Shown: one piece after another, positions 47,792 to 56,748 of the stretch
How positions within the stretch are numbered: position 1 is the first letter of the stretch
Layout of the letters: the number at the start of each line of letters is the position of its first letter
NCBI GenBank assembly: GCA_048498695.1
Contig: JBEHXM010000001.1
Location: 19,940-83,939, forward strand
DNA length: 64,000 bases
Origin: Bacteroidota bacterium
GTDB lineage: Bacteria; Bacteroidota; Bacteroidia; Sphingobacteriales; Sphingobacteriaceae
Reading direction: 5' to 3'
Position numbers and translations under genes: made by a program
The notes under the pieces: generated by a model
The model's input: only the letters and a program-made list of their open reading frames with translations
Databases searched by the model: none
What the model was told of the DNA's origin: nothing

Positions 47792-48739
47792 TTATACATG
47801 AGCTTCCTGTTCCAGCGTTATTGCTTTCGGGAATAAGATATTATTTTCAAGATGGATATGCAGGTGGAGGTCATTCTCAAAGTCCGCCAGCATTTTATAG
47901 AGCAATGCATAGCTGTTGCAGGCGTTTTGCGGCAGCGTGTAGTTATGCGTTAAAATCCTGATCTGCTCGGCGAGGTCGCCTACGATGTCATGATCATTTT
48001 CCATCGCTGCAATGGGTTCTTCAACAGAATGAAAGATGGATTGTTCATTGTCCGAAATTGTTTTTTCCAGCCCTTTGATATAGGGAAAAAGGACGACTTC
48101 TTCTTTTTGCAAATGGACGGTTAACTCGTCGGCCATTTCACCAACCAGGTTCCGGATCATATTCAATTCAGCGTGTTGCTGGCCGTGCCTGTTAGCGACC
48201 TTCTCGCTTAAATCCTTTAAAATGGGAAGATTTTGTTTTACATAAGAATGGTGGACGTTAACTATGTAGTCCGCCAGGAAGGATAGTGACCAGGCATTAA
48301 AATCATGCTGAGGCACAGCAGCTGTTACCTGGTCTGCTTTTTTGAGCTCCTCCTGTACCTGTAAAATATCAAGGCCATTTTCCTTGCAGGCGTCCTTTAG
48401 GGTCTTTTTGCCGCCGCAGCAAAAATCCAGGCCCAGCTTTTTGAAGATCTCTGCTTTTCGAAGGTCTCCTTTTACGATCTCGCCCAGCGTTTCTTCTTTC
48501 ACGTTGGGATCGTTTTTACGGATTTCCACTTCCCATACGAGCGGACCATTTTGAAGGTAATTCCAGGTAAAGCAATTCCCGCGTTCACCAAGTAGCTGGT
48601 AATAAAGCGGTTTGGGGTCGTGGTCGTTGTGGATCACAAATCCTTCGCCACCGGTTAGCAGGTCAAAATGCTCGAAGATTGTTGGATGTTTCAAGCGGGG
48701 CTCTATTTTAGTTACGTCTAATACTGTTACACTATTCAT
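47792..48739 (-). CDS. ric: Iron-sulfur cluster repair di-iron protein with N-terminal DUF2249 module
   Basis: DFCCGG (ScdA_N), HHSYV, HLQKEE, MENDH, HIHLENNILFP; N-terminal HPTIF...NDHDPKPL. Confidence 0.92.
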   Translation of the reverse strand: MNSVTVLDVTKIEPRLKHPTIFEHFDLLTGGEGFVIHNDHDPKPLYYQLLGERGNCFTWNYLQNGPLVWEVEIRKNDPNVKEETLGEIVKGDLRKAEIFKKLGLDFCCGGKKTLKDACKENGLDILQVQEELKKADQVTAAVPQHDFNAWSLSFLADYIVNVHHSYVKQNLPILKDLSEKVANRHGQQHAELNMIRNLVGEMADELTVHLQKEEVVLFPYIKGLEKTISDNEQSIFHSVEEPIAAMENDHDIVGDLAEQIRILTHNYTLPQNACNSYALLYKMLADFENDLHLHIHLENNILFPKAITLEQEAHV

Positions 48740-48746
48740 GATTATT

Positions 48747-50054
48747 TTAATTAATGGTTTCTAATATTTTTTCTTTGAGGGCCGTTTTCTCACGCTTAGC
48801 TGTCTGTGTTACCGCTGCCGGCTTCCCGGTTACTGAAATTAGCAGTAACGTTGCACCGCAGAACAACAGGATGGCCGCAACCCATAGCAGCCAGGGATAA
48901 AAGGGGCTGCTCAGCATGTACATGACTGAAATCCCCTGTACCATCAGAATTGCCTCATTTGCCGCAACAGCTGCTGCAAAAACCACGATCGCCTTTTTCG
49001 ACAGCGATTCTCTGGCGACAAAAAATCCGGCATGAAATAGGTGGGCGAAAAGGTATAAAGTCACAAAGCCCAGCATGACCAGGTGCAGGTAACCAATGAT
49101 GATAGGCCGGTCACCGAAGACTTCATTTCCAACCGAAGGAAATACAATGCCGATCTGCACAGTCGTTTTAATGAAAAATGACATCATTGACAAGCCGCCG
49201 ATGAATTTTGGAAACGGCCTGATTTGCCAGAAGGTATTTTTCATGGCGATCATCGTGGATGTGAAATGGTACAATAGGACGGCCAATAGAACACATCCGC
49301 CTATTGCAATTCCCCGGATGTAATTATTGGGGTAATGCCATAAGTAGGAAAGGAATAATGTCGGCAGGACTGCCAGGGTCAAAACCACTGCGAAATGATC
49401 GACCCTTGTTCGGGCGGATTTCGTTAACCCGGTGTAATATAGGTTGAACAATAACGCAAACAGGGCTAACGTAAAAAAGCCGTTGTATTGTAAATGAAGG
49501 TACGTATAAATTGAGTCTTTGTATAGCAGGAGATTCGCATGATGTGAGGCCATCATATAGGCCAAAGTGAAAGGCCCCACCGAAGAAAGACTTGCAAAGA
49601 TCAGGGCGGCGATGCTTAGTAAAGTGACCGCCCGGCCGGCATTGCTCTGGAGCAAATCCCTAATAAATATCCAGCTAAATCCGTAGGTGAAAAAGATAAA
49701 CAGCGTTGAGAAAATGATCGAATAAAGGCCATACCCCTCGAATGGAAAACTTAACAGCATGCCTAGTGCCGCGAGTAGTATACCTGAAAGCAGTATTTTG
49801 TATTTGGCCTGGCGGTTCAACCTGGCCGGCAATATCTCATAAACCATCAGGGTAAAGAGGCACAAGGTTATCCAGCCTCCGAATGCGAAGTGTGAATGTG
49901 CGTGCAGCAAGTTTTTAAAATCTATCCAGGGCAGAGAGAACAGGATTTTGGAACGCAGGATCATCCCCAGGAAAGCTACGATGGCAAGGTTTGCCAGAGA
50001 AATCATTAACCACCTGTTTTTTTCCTTATTCATCGTTGTTGTGTTTATTAGCAC
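48747..50054 (-). CDS. Polytopic membrane protein with His motifs (NnrS / oxidase-subunit-I-like)
   Basis: HAHSHFAFGGW, YLHLQYNGF, YLHLVMLGF; roughly 12 TM segments. Confidence 0.65.
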   Translation of the reverse strand: MLINTTTMNKEKNRWLMISLANLAIVAFLGMILRSKILFSLPWIDFKNLLHAHSHFAFGGWITLCLFTLMVYEILPARLNRQAKYKILLSGILLAALGMLLSFPFEGYGLYSIIFSTLFIFFTYGFSWIFIRDLLQSNAGRAVTLLSIAALIFASLSSVGPFTLAYMMASHHANLLLYKDSIYTYLHLQYNGFFTLALFALLFNLYYTGLTKSARTRVDHFAVVLTLAVLPTLFLSYLWHYPNNYIRGIAIGGCVLLAVLLYHFTSTMIAMKNTFWQIRPFPKFIGGLSMMSFFIKTTVQIGIVFPSVGNEVFGDRPIIIGYLHLVMLGFVTLYLFAHLFHAGFFVARESLSKKAIVVFAAAVAANEAILMVQGISVMYMLSSPFYPWLLWVAAILLFCGATLLLISVTGKPAAVTQTAKREKTALKEKILETIN

Positions 50055-50055
50055 A

Positions 50056-50075
50056 TAAAGACCTTTTAGTCCTTA
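50056..50075. promoter_or_regulatory. Candidate Rrf2 operator
   Basis: Inverted repeat TAAAGAC-N6-GTCCTTA in the 34-nt gap between rrf2 and the next gene. Confidence 0.4.
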
Positions 50076-50088
50076 ATTTGCCGAAATT

Positions 50089-50523
50089 TTATTCAGTTCT
50101 CAGGAAGCCATTTCCTTTTTTTAATTTATTTGCCATGGCTCCGATCGTTGATTCCTCCATCATGTCCTTTATGTTTGACCGTATAGCTTTATAGGTATGA
50201 TGAAGCGGGCAGGGTTCAGCTTCAGAACAGAATTTTAAACCCAGTATACAGCCGGCAAATAACTGGTCACCGTCTACTGCCCTGATAATATCGATCAGCT
50301 TTATTTCATGTTGCTTCTCATCCAGGTAATACCCGCCGTTGACGCCCTTTTGTGAGCTCACGATATGGTGACGGGTTAAGAGCTGCATGATCTTCGCCGT
50401 AAAATGCTGGGGCGCCAGGATGTGTTCACATATCTGTATGATCCCTACCTTTTTGTCCAGGCAGCTCTCGGCGGATATATAAATCGCCGCTCTAATCGCG
50501 TACTCACTGGACTTTGAAAACAT
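50089..50523 (-). CDS. Rrf2-family Fe-S regulator (NsrR-like)
   Basis: MFSKSSEYAIRA, SQKGVNGGY, C-x6-C-x5-CPLH. Confidence 0.9.
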   Translation of the reverse strand: MFSKSSEYAIRAAIYISAESCLDKKVGIIQICEHILAPQHFTAKIMQLLTRHHIVSSQKGVNGGYYLDEKQHEIKLIDIIRAVDGDQLFAGCILGLKFCSEAEPCPLHHTYKAIRSNIKDMMEESTIGAMANKLKKGNGFLRTE

Positions 50524-50572
50524 TGCTCATTGTATCATTGATATCTTCCAAACATCTGCAAGGAATTATGAT

Positions 50573-50668
50573 GCAAGGTAGCCCGGCCAGCTTTGCCAAC
50601 CGATGACCGGGGTCATGCTGATAAATGATTTACATCATGTTTATTTCCGGCCCGGAGAGTTAATATTG
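50573..50668. promoter_or_regulatory. Bidirectional paired-box promoter (50604, 50626) for rrf2 and usp
   Basis: TGACCGGGGTCA and TGATTTACATCA; TACCTTGC (minus) and TAATATTG (plus), each 23 nt from its nearer box. Confidence 0.7.
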
Positions 50669-50719
50669 TTTATTCACTCCGGGTCCTTTTGGACCGCAGG
50701 TATTTAAAGTAAGCAGGAT

Positions 50720-51559
50720 ATGAAAACGATCATCGTCATCAATGATAATTCAGCCGAGGCGCTGCACGCAGCTGTACTGGCATTGGATATCGCAGAAAAG
50801 GTGGGAGCCAATTTATTGATAACGAACGAAGTGAAGGACAAGGAACTCATCACCAAAGCAGGAACGATCCTTTCCGGGCACCATGAAGAATCAACTGAAC
50901 CGCTGACTGAAGCATCAGATCTTCCCGGGCACCTTAAATTACTTTATGATGCCAATGCAGACTTTATCCCAGAGATAAACGATATGGATATATCTGATTT
51001 TCGGGAGGAGGATTTAACCCGCTTTGTGATCAGTAATAATATCTGGATGATCGTAGCCGGTACAAGGGAATTGTCAGAACAGCATACAGCCGACCTCCAT
51101 ATTAATATTCAGTCGGTTCTTAACCATGTCAGGTGCCCGCTGCTCCTTGTCCCGGAAAAGTCCAATTGGAAGGGCTTTGAACAGATCGTATATATAGCGG
51201 ATCTGCGATACTGCCGGCTTCACGCGGTAAGGTACCTCGCGGAATTGGCACAGCCGTATGAAGCTAATGTCCTGGTTGACCATCTTTCTGCCAAGGGCCT
51301 CCCGCATATGGAGGAAAATTATGCGTTGAAAATGTTTAATGAGGAAATAGCGGCGAAAGTGAACTACGACCGGCTTTTTTTTAATAATATAAAAGAAAGG
51401 GATTTGATCAAAGCGATAGATGTGATGATAAATGGGATGCATTCCGATTTGCTGGTTATGGTGAATCACCGTTTTCATTTTGAAGAAATACTGGGAAGAT
51501 ATATAACCCACACTTTGCCTGCGAATATTACGATCCCCTTATTAATATTTCCTTATTAA
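50720..51559 (+). CDS. Universal stress protein (tandem USP domains)
   Basis: IIVINDNSAEA, CPLLLVP, LLVMVNH, IPLLIFP. Confidence 0.85.
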   Translation: MKTIIVINDNSAEALHAAVLALDIAEKVGANLLITNEVKDKELITKAGTILSGHHEESTEPLTEASDLPGHLKLLYDANADFIPEINDMDISDFREEDLTRFVISNNIWMIVAGTRELSEQHTADLHINIQSVLNHVRCPLLLVPEKSNWKGFEQIVYIADLRYCRLHAVRYLAELAQPYEANVLVDHLSAKGLPHMEENYALKMFNEEIAAKVNYDRLFFNNIKERDLIKAIDVMINGMHSDLLVMVNHRFHFEEILGRYITHTLPANITIPLLIFPY

Positions 51560-51671
51560 ATTAACTGGGAAGATCCTGGAAAAACTTCCTGCAGGATTAC
51601 ATATAAGCTGCGAAGACCTGTAACTATTGATGTTTTACTCCGTAACTTTAATACGATTCCCTATAATTTGA

Positions 51672-54248
51672 ATGAATAATCAAGCAGACAATCAAAATAA
51701 TCAGGAGACGGAATGTTTTTGGCATTTTGATAGCCATATTGTCATCGAAAAAATGTCATGCAGTGAGGAAGGCCTTGATAGCAAAACTGCGCAGGAGCGT
51801 CTCGCCGTTTTTGGGTTGAATACCCTAAAACGCAATGCGAAGTCTTCAAAAGCCCTTCTGTTCCTGTCCCAGTTCAAAAGCCCGGTTACCATCTTATTGA
51901 TTATTGCGGCATTGCTGTCGGCCGGGTTGGGCGACGTGCCGGATACCATCATCATTCTTGCGATCGTCCTGATCAGCAGCCTGCTGGGTTTTCTACAGGA
52001 AAGCGGTGCCGCAAATGCGGTCAACGATCTGCTGAAAATGGTTCAGGTACATTGCACCGTTTATAGGAACCTTCAAATCACCGAATTGCCGATTGAACAA
52101 ATTGTCCCAGGCGATGTCGTTTCGTTAACGGCGGGGGACATCATACCAGGGGACAGCCTGATATTGGAATCCCAGGAATTATTCATTGACGAGGCCGCGT
52201 TCACTGGGGAGACCTATCCTGTTGAAAAGTCGGCGGGCATTGCACCGTTAGGCGCTCCGATCTCTAAAAGGTCAAACTCCCTTTTTATGGGTTCCCACGT
52301 GATCAGCGGTAAAGCGAAAGCACTTGTCGTAAAAACCGGCATGAAAACGGAATTCGGTAAGATTTCTCATGCACTCCAGTTCTCGCCACCAGAAACCGAC
52401 TTCGAAAAAGGAATCCGCAGGTTCGGTTATATGCTGATGGAAATCACTTTGGTGCTCGTGCTCGTTATTTTCGCGATCAATGTCTTACTTCATAAGCCCG
52501 CACTAGACTCATTCCTGTTTTCGCTGGCGCTGGCAGTCGGCCTGACCCCGCAGCTGTTGCCGGCCATTATCAGCGTGAACCTCTCGAAAGGAGCAAGACG
52601 AATGGCCGCAAAAAAAGTGATCGTCAAACGCCTGGCATCCATTGAAAATTTTGGCAGCATGGATATTCTGTGTTCTGATAAAACAGGTACGATCACAGAA
52701 GGGAAAGTGAAACTGAAACAAACCCTGGATGTCGAAGGAAAGCAAAGCGATAAGGTGGGACATTTTGCCTGGCTCAACGCCTCCATGCAAGAGGGATTTC
52801 ATAATCCGGTAGATGAAGCCATCTGCGCCCAGGGTGGCTATCAATCCGGGTCATACAGGGTTAAGACGGAGGTCCCGTATGACTTTATCAGAAAACGACT
52901 TACCGTTGAAGTAACAGGGGAAAGCGGCAATCAAGCGATCACAAAGGGCGCATTTAACAATATCCTCGCCATCTGTGACCGGGTCGAATTGCCTTCAGGT
53001 GATATTGTTCCCCTCATCCACGAAAAGGATTCGATAACCGCCATTTACGAAGAATTAAGCGATGAGGGATACCGGACATTGGGCGTGGCTTATAAACCCT
53101 GCGATGGGAACAGCCTCTTCACGCGTGAAGATGAGAAGGAAATGGTCTTTTTAGGATTCGTCACACTATATGATCCGCCTAAACTGAGTGTAGCGCATAC
53201 TATCGACAAGTTGCAAGGTCTTGGCGTTAAGCTAAAAATCATCACAGGCGATAATGCCCTCGTAGCGAAAAGTCTTGCTCGTCAAATTGAGATTACCTCG
53301 CCGAAGATACTGACGGGCGTTCAATTGTCTAAAATGAGCAATGCAGCGCTGATCCATCAGGCGGTGATTACAGACATTTTCGCCGAAGTCGAGCCGAATC
53401 AAAAGGAAAGGATCATAGCGGCATTGAAGAAGGCAGGGCATGTGGTGGGATTTATGGGTGACGGAATTAATGATGCACCTGCCCTGCATTCGGCAGATGT
53501 AGGTATTTCGGTGGCATCAGCAGTGGATGTCGCGAAAGAGGCGGCGGATATTGTCCTGCTCGACCAGGATCTGGATGTTTTGTACGATGGAATTATTGAG
53601 GGACGGAAAACATTTACCAATACGATGAAATATATATTTATGGCGACGAGCGCAAATTTTGGGAACATGTTCAGCATGGCAGGCGCATCGCTCTTTCTGT
53701 CGTTTCTTCCCCTGCTGCCCAAGCAGATCCTACTAACAAATTTACTCACGGACTTCCCTGAAATGGCCATTGCCACAGATAAGGTTGACGAGATTAATAT
53801 CCGGTCGCCTCAGAAATGGGAACTCAACTTCATACGGCGGTTCATGCTCATTTTCGGGCTCCTGAGTTCGATATTCGACTATCTCACATTCGGCGTTTTG
53901 CTGCTGGTGATGCATGCCAGGGAAGATATTTTTCAAACCGGGTGGTTTGTAGAGTCTGTGATCTCTGCCATACTTATCGTGCTGGTGATCAGGACGAGGT
54001 CGTCCTTCTTGAAAAGTTTGCCGGGCAAGTATCTTTTAACGGCAACGATTGCTGTATTGATCTTTGTGCTGATCCTGCCAGTGACACCGATTGCCAACTG
54101 GTTCGGTTTTGTACAGCTTCCGCCGATATTTTATTTGTATATGCTCGGTATTATCACAGGATACTTGCTTGCTGCCGAAGCAGCTAAGAGATGGTTTTAC
54201 AGAAAAGCCGGATCCTTATCAGGACGGCTCAATTTAAAATATTCCTAA
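51672..54248 (+). CDS. mgtA: Magnesium-translocating P-type ATPase
   Basis: FTGET, VGLTPQLLP, CSDKTGT, TGDN, GDGINDAP, SANFGNMFS. Confidence 0.9.
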   Translation: MNNQADNQNNQETECFWHFDSHIVIEKMSCSEEGLDSKTAQERLAVFGLNTLKRNAKSSKALLFLSQFKSPVTILLIIAALLSAGLGDVPDTIIILAIVLISSLLGFLQESGAANAVNDLLKMVQVHCTVYRNLQITELPIEQIVPGDVVSLTAGDIIPGDSLILESQELFIDEAAFTGETYPVEKSAGIAPLGAPISKRSNSLFMGSHVISGKAKALVVKTGMKTEFGKISHALQFSPPETDFEKGIRRFGYMLMEITLVLVLVIFAINVLLHKPALDSFLFSLALAVGLTPQLLPAIISVNLSKGARRMAAKKVIVKRLASIENFGSMDILCSDKTGTITEGKVKLKQTLDVEGKQSDKVGHFAWLNASMQEGFHNPVDEAICAQGGYQSGSYRVKTEVPYDFIRKRLTVEVTGESGNQAITKGAFNNILAICDRVELPSGDIVPLIHEKDSITAIYEELSDEGYRTLGVAYKPCDGNSLFTREDEKEMVFLGFVTLYDPPKLSVAHTIDKLQGLGVKLKIITGDNALVAKSLARQIEITSPKILTGVQLSKMSNAALIHQAVITDIFAEVEPNQKERIIAALKKAGHVVGFMGDGINDAPALHSADVGISVASAVDVAKEAADIVLLDQDLDVLYDGIIEGRKTFTNTMKYIFMATSANFGNMFSMAGASLFLSFLPLLPKQILLTNLLTDFPEMAIATDKVDEINIRSPQKWELNFIRRFMLIFGLLSSIFDYLTFGVLLLVMHAREDIFQTGWFVESVISAILIVLVIRTRSSFLKSLPGKYLLTATIAVLIFVLILPVTPIANWFGFVQLPPIFYLYMLGIITGYLLAAEAAKRWFYRKAGSLSGRLNLKYS

Positions 54249-54473
54249 TTCGGTGCTGTCTTTGTCGCGATAACCCCATTCCTGTCCATCCTTCAACTCG
54301 GGATATTTAAACTGCTTATCTTTCAAAATGCAGCAGATCATCCAAACAAAGACAAATGGCCATACAATACCCATTATCATAATCAATAGAGGCGGGGGAT
54401 CGAGGTTGATCAGGGCAGCATAAGCGAACAAGTAGATTGTTGTCACAATGACGGATTCCTTTGCGCTGTTCAT
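54234..54473 (-). CDS. Small two-TM hypothetical protein
   Basis: 79-aa ORF with two hydrophobic segments and a charged tail, 67 nt downstream of hemA. Confidence 0.6.
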   Translation of the reverse strand: MNSAKESVIVTTIYLFAYAALINLDPPPLLIMIMGIVWPFVFVWMICCILKDKQFKYPELKDGQEWGYRDKDSTELGIF

Positions 54474-54540
54474 AACTGTTTAATTTAGTTATAACAACCA
54501 TTGGATGTGGGTAATGTTTTGACTAATAATAGTTTGCGGG

Positions 54541-55818
54541 TTAAAAGCCAGCTACGGTAACAAATTCGCTGATGGCCTGAATTTGATGGCAGCCCTGGCG
54601 ATTCTGAGTTCTCATGTTTTCCGCAGTTCTGTTAATAATTTGGCGAATCTGTTGCTCTGCTAAAATATAAGGACATTTTGTTCCCGGATTGTTTAACTCA
54701 CGGGCATGTACCAATGCAATGTTATTGAGGGTGTTTTTTAAAGTCTTTAATGCGGGGGCATATTGCCTCATCTGAACCCATTCAGAAAACAAGAGCATGT
54801 GTTTGTGAATAATTTCTTGTGCTTTGGGTACTTCAGCTTCCCGATTTTTGATAATACCATCTTTCATGCAAGATATCTCATCCACATTGACTAGCTGTAT
54901 CCCCGCGAATTCCTGCACTCCTGGCTCAACATTGTAAGGAATTGAAAGGTCGATGATCAGTTTTTGATCACCGGGATTAAAATGCGATGTTAACACGGTA
55001 GGGCTATCGGCACCTGTGGCCACAAGGATAATATCAGCGATGGAAATTTGCCTGGAGAGGTCTGCCAATGAGGCATAAGCCAGATTCAGCTCTTTCGCCA
55101 GGGATGCTGCCTTTTCTTCAGTCCTGTTGATCAAAGTAATATTGGTGTTCTCCAAATAGTCGACAAGATTTTTGCAGGTGTTTTTACCGATTTTCCCGGT
55201 GCCGAATAACAGAATTCTTTTATTACCAAAATCCTGAATACGTTCCCGGATATATTGAACGGCAGAAAATGATACCGATACGGAGCCGCTGCTTAATTTT
55301 GTTTCATTTTTGATTTCCTTGGAGGCTTGTAAAACCCCGTTGACCAGTCGCTCTAAGAAGCCGTTCATCCCATTGTTTTCTTTTGAAAACTTGACAGCCT
55401 GCTTTATCTGCCCCACGATTTCGTAGTCACCCAGGATCTGTGAATCAAGACCTCCGACTACCTGGAACAAATGCATTGCAGCATCCATTCCGGATTTAAT
55501 GTAGCTTAATTCCCGGAAGGTTTGTTCATCGCCGCGGGTCTCATCGCAAATCAGCCTGATCAGTTGGTCCACGTTTTCCGAATTGGCGTAAACTTCCGTG
55601 CGGTTACAGGTAGAGATAATGAATAAACCTCCAATAGAGCCGTTATTAGCTTTTTGTAATATACGTCCGTATTGTTCCCGGCTTATTGCAAACAGGCCCC
55701 TCGTTTCGGCATCGGCTTTTTTGTAACTGATACCTGCGAGGAAGAATCTGCTTAAATCCGCTTTGTCATGCTGCATCATTATCTTATAAAATGTGTTGAT
55801 CAATTTTTTACCTGGCAT
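54541..55818 (-). CDS. hemA: Glutamyl-tRNA reductase (start may be 55779)
   Basis: GISYK, STCNRTE, GLDSQILGD, GTGKIG, INRT, DLSIP. Confidence 0.93.
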   Translation of the reverse strand: MPGKKLINTFYKIMMQHDKADLSRFFLAGISYKKADAETRGLFAISREQYGRILQKANNGSIGGLFIISTCNRTEVYANSENVDQLIRLICDETRGDEQTFRELSYIKSGMDAAMHLFQVVGGLDSQILGDYEIVGQIKQAVKFSKENNGMNGFLERLVNGVLQASKEIKNETKLSSGSVSVSFSAVQYIRERIQDFGNKRILLFGTGKIGKNTCKNLVDYLENTNITLINRTEEKAASLAKELNLAYASLADLSRQISIADIILVATGADSPTVLTSHFNPGDQKLIIDLSIPYNVEPGVQEFAGIQLVNVDEISCMKDGIIKNREAEVPKAQEIIHKHMLLFSEWVQMRQYAPALKTLKNTLNNIALVHARELNNPGTKCPYILAEQQIRQIINRTAENMRTQNRQGCHQIQAISEFVTVAGF

Positions 55819-55844
55819 CCACCGCCGGCCGTATTTCTCAGGGG

Positions 55845-55909
55845 TAAAATTGAGGATTGTTTCTATTTGAGCTCATGACGATTATCATAGGCCTAAGTGA
55901 TTATCATCA
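55845..55909 (-). promoter_or_regulatory. Paired boxes (55876, 55898) + -7 element for hemA
   Basis: TGACGATTATCA and TGATTATCATCA; CAATTTTA on the minus strand at 55845-55852. Confidence 0.72.
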
Positions 55910-55938
55910 CATTTTCCGATTTACAAAAGGTATTTTAA

Positions 55939-56003
55939 TGACCGAGGTCACAGGTGGCAATGACCGCTATCATTGTCGTTGGGGCGTTATGTCAGCAATT
56001 TTG
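55939..56003 (+). promoter_or_regulatory. Paired boxes (55939, 55961) + -7 element for LOG-hemH
   Basis: TGACCGAGGTCA and TGACCGCTATCA; CAATTTTG at 55996. Confidence 0.75.
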
Positions 56004-56022
56004 TTCATGCTGACCAAATCAA

Positions 56023-56748
56023 ATGAGGATGAATAAATCTGAGATCATATTTCTGGACGGGCCCCATTCCCGGTTAAGCGAACTGCGGTTCACCGTGCAA
56101 ACCCTGTTTGAATTTGTCAGGGGATTCCGGGCCATGCATTTTATAGGGCCGTGCATTACCGTATTTGGATCGGCACGTTTTAAAGAGGACCATCCCTACT
56201 ATTCACTTACCAGGGAAGCTTCTGCGGAGTTTGCGAGGCTGGGGTTCACGATTTTGACGGGTGGCGGGCCGGGCCTGATGGAGGCTGCCAACCGCGGGGC
56301 CAGGGATGTGGGCGGGCGCTCAGTGGGTTGTAACATTCAGCTTCCAATGGAGCAAAAACCAAACCCATACCTGGATAAATGGATCAATGTAAAGCACTTT
56401 TTCCTTCGTAAAGTCCTGCTCGTTAAATATTCCTTTGCTTTCGTGGTTATGCCGGGAGGCTATGGTACACTGGATGAATACTTTGAGGCATTGACCCTAA
56501 TCCAGACTCATAAGATCAAGGATTTTCCCGTGATCATTTTTGGGAAAGAATACCATAAGGACCTGATCGCACATATGGAGCGGATGCAGGCTAACTCTAC
56601 GATCGGCGCCAACGATATTAATCTTTGCCTGGTCACCGACAGCATTGAAGAGGCTAAACAATTGATCATTGAAAAAAGTATCAACCAATATGGCCTGAAG
56701 CCGAAGAATAAGATCAAACCATTAAAGTGGCTGTTCGAACATGTTTAA
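56023..56748 (+). CDS. LOG-family Rossmann-fold protein (TIGR00730-like)
   Basis: VFGSAR, TGGGPGLMEAAN, PGGYGTLDE. Confidence 0.9.
   Translation: MRMNKSEIIFLDGPHSRLSELRFTVQTLFEFVRGFRAMHFIGPCITVFGSARFKEDHPYYSLTREASAEFARLGFTILTGGGPGLMEAANRGARDVGGRSVGCNIQLPMEQKPNPYLDKWINVKHFFLRKVLLVKYSFAFVVMPGGYGTLDEYFEALTLIQTHKIKDFPVIIFGKEYHKDLIAHMERMQANSTIGANDINLCLVTDSIEEAKQLIIEKSINQYGLKPKNKIKPLKWLFEHV

Noticed and set aside
45650-50054. Nitric oxide reductase (norB) call for either membrane protein
   Set aside because: Too short and lacking the full heme-copper oxidase ligand pattern.
51560-51671. Box upstream of mgtA
   Set aside because: TAACTTTA is present at 51643 but there is no TGAY-N4-RTCA at the expected distance; mgtA is probably read through from usp or independently controlled.
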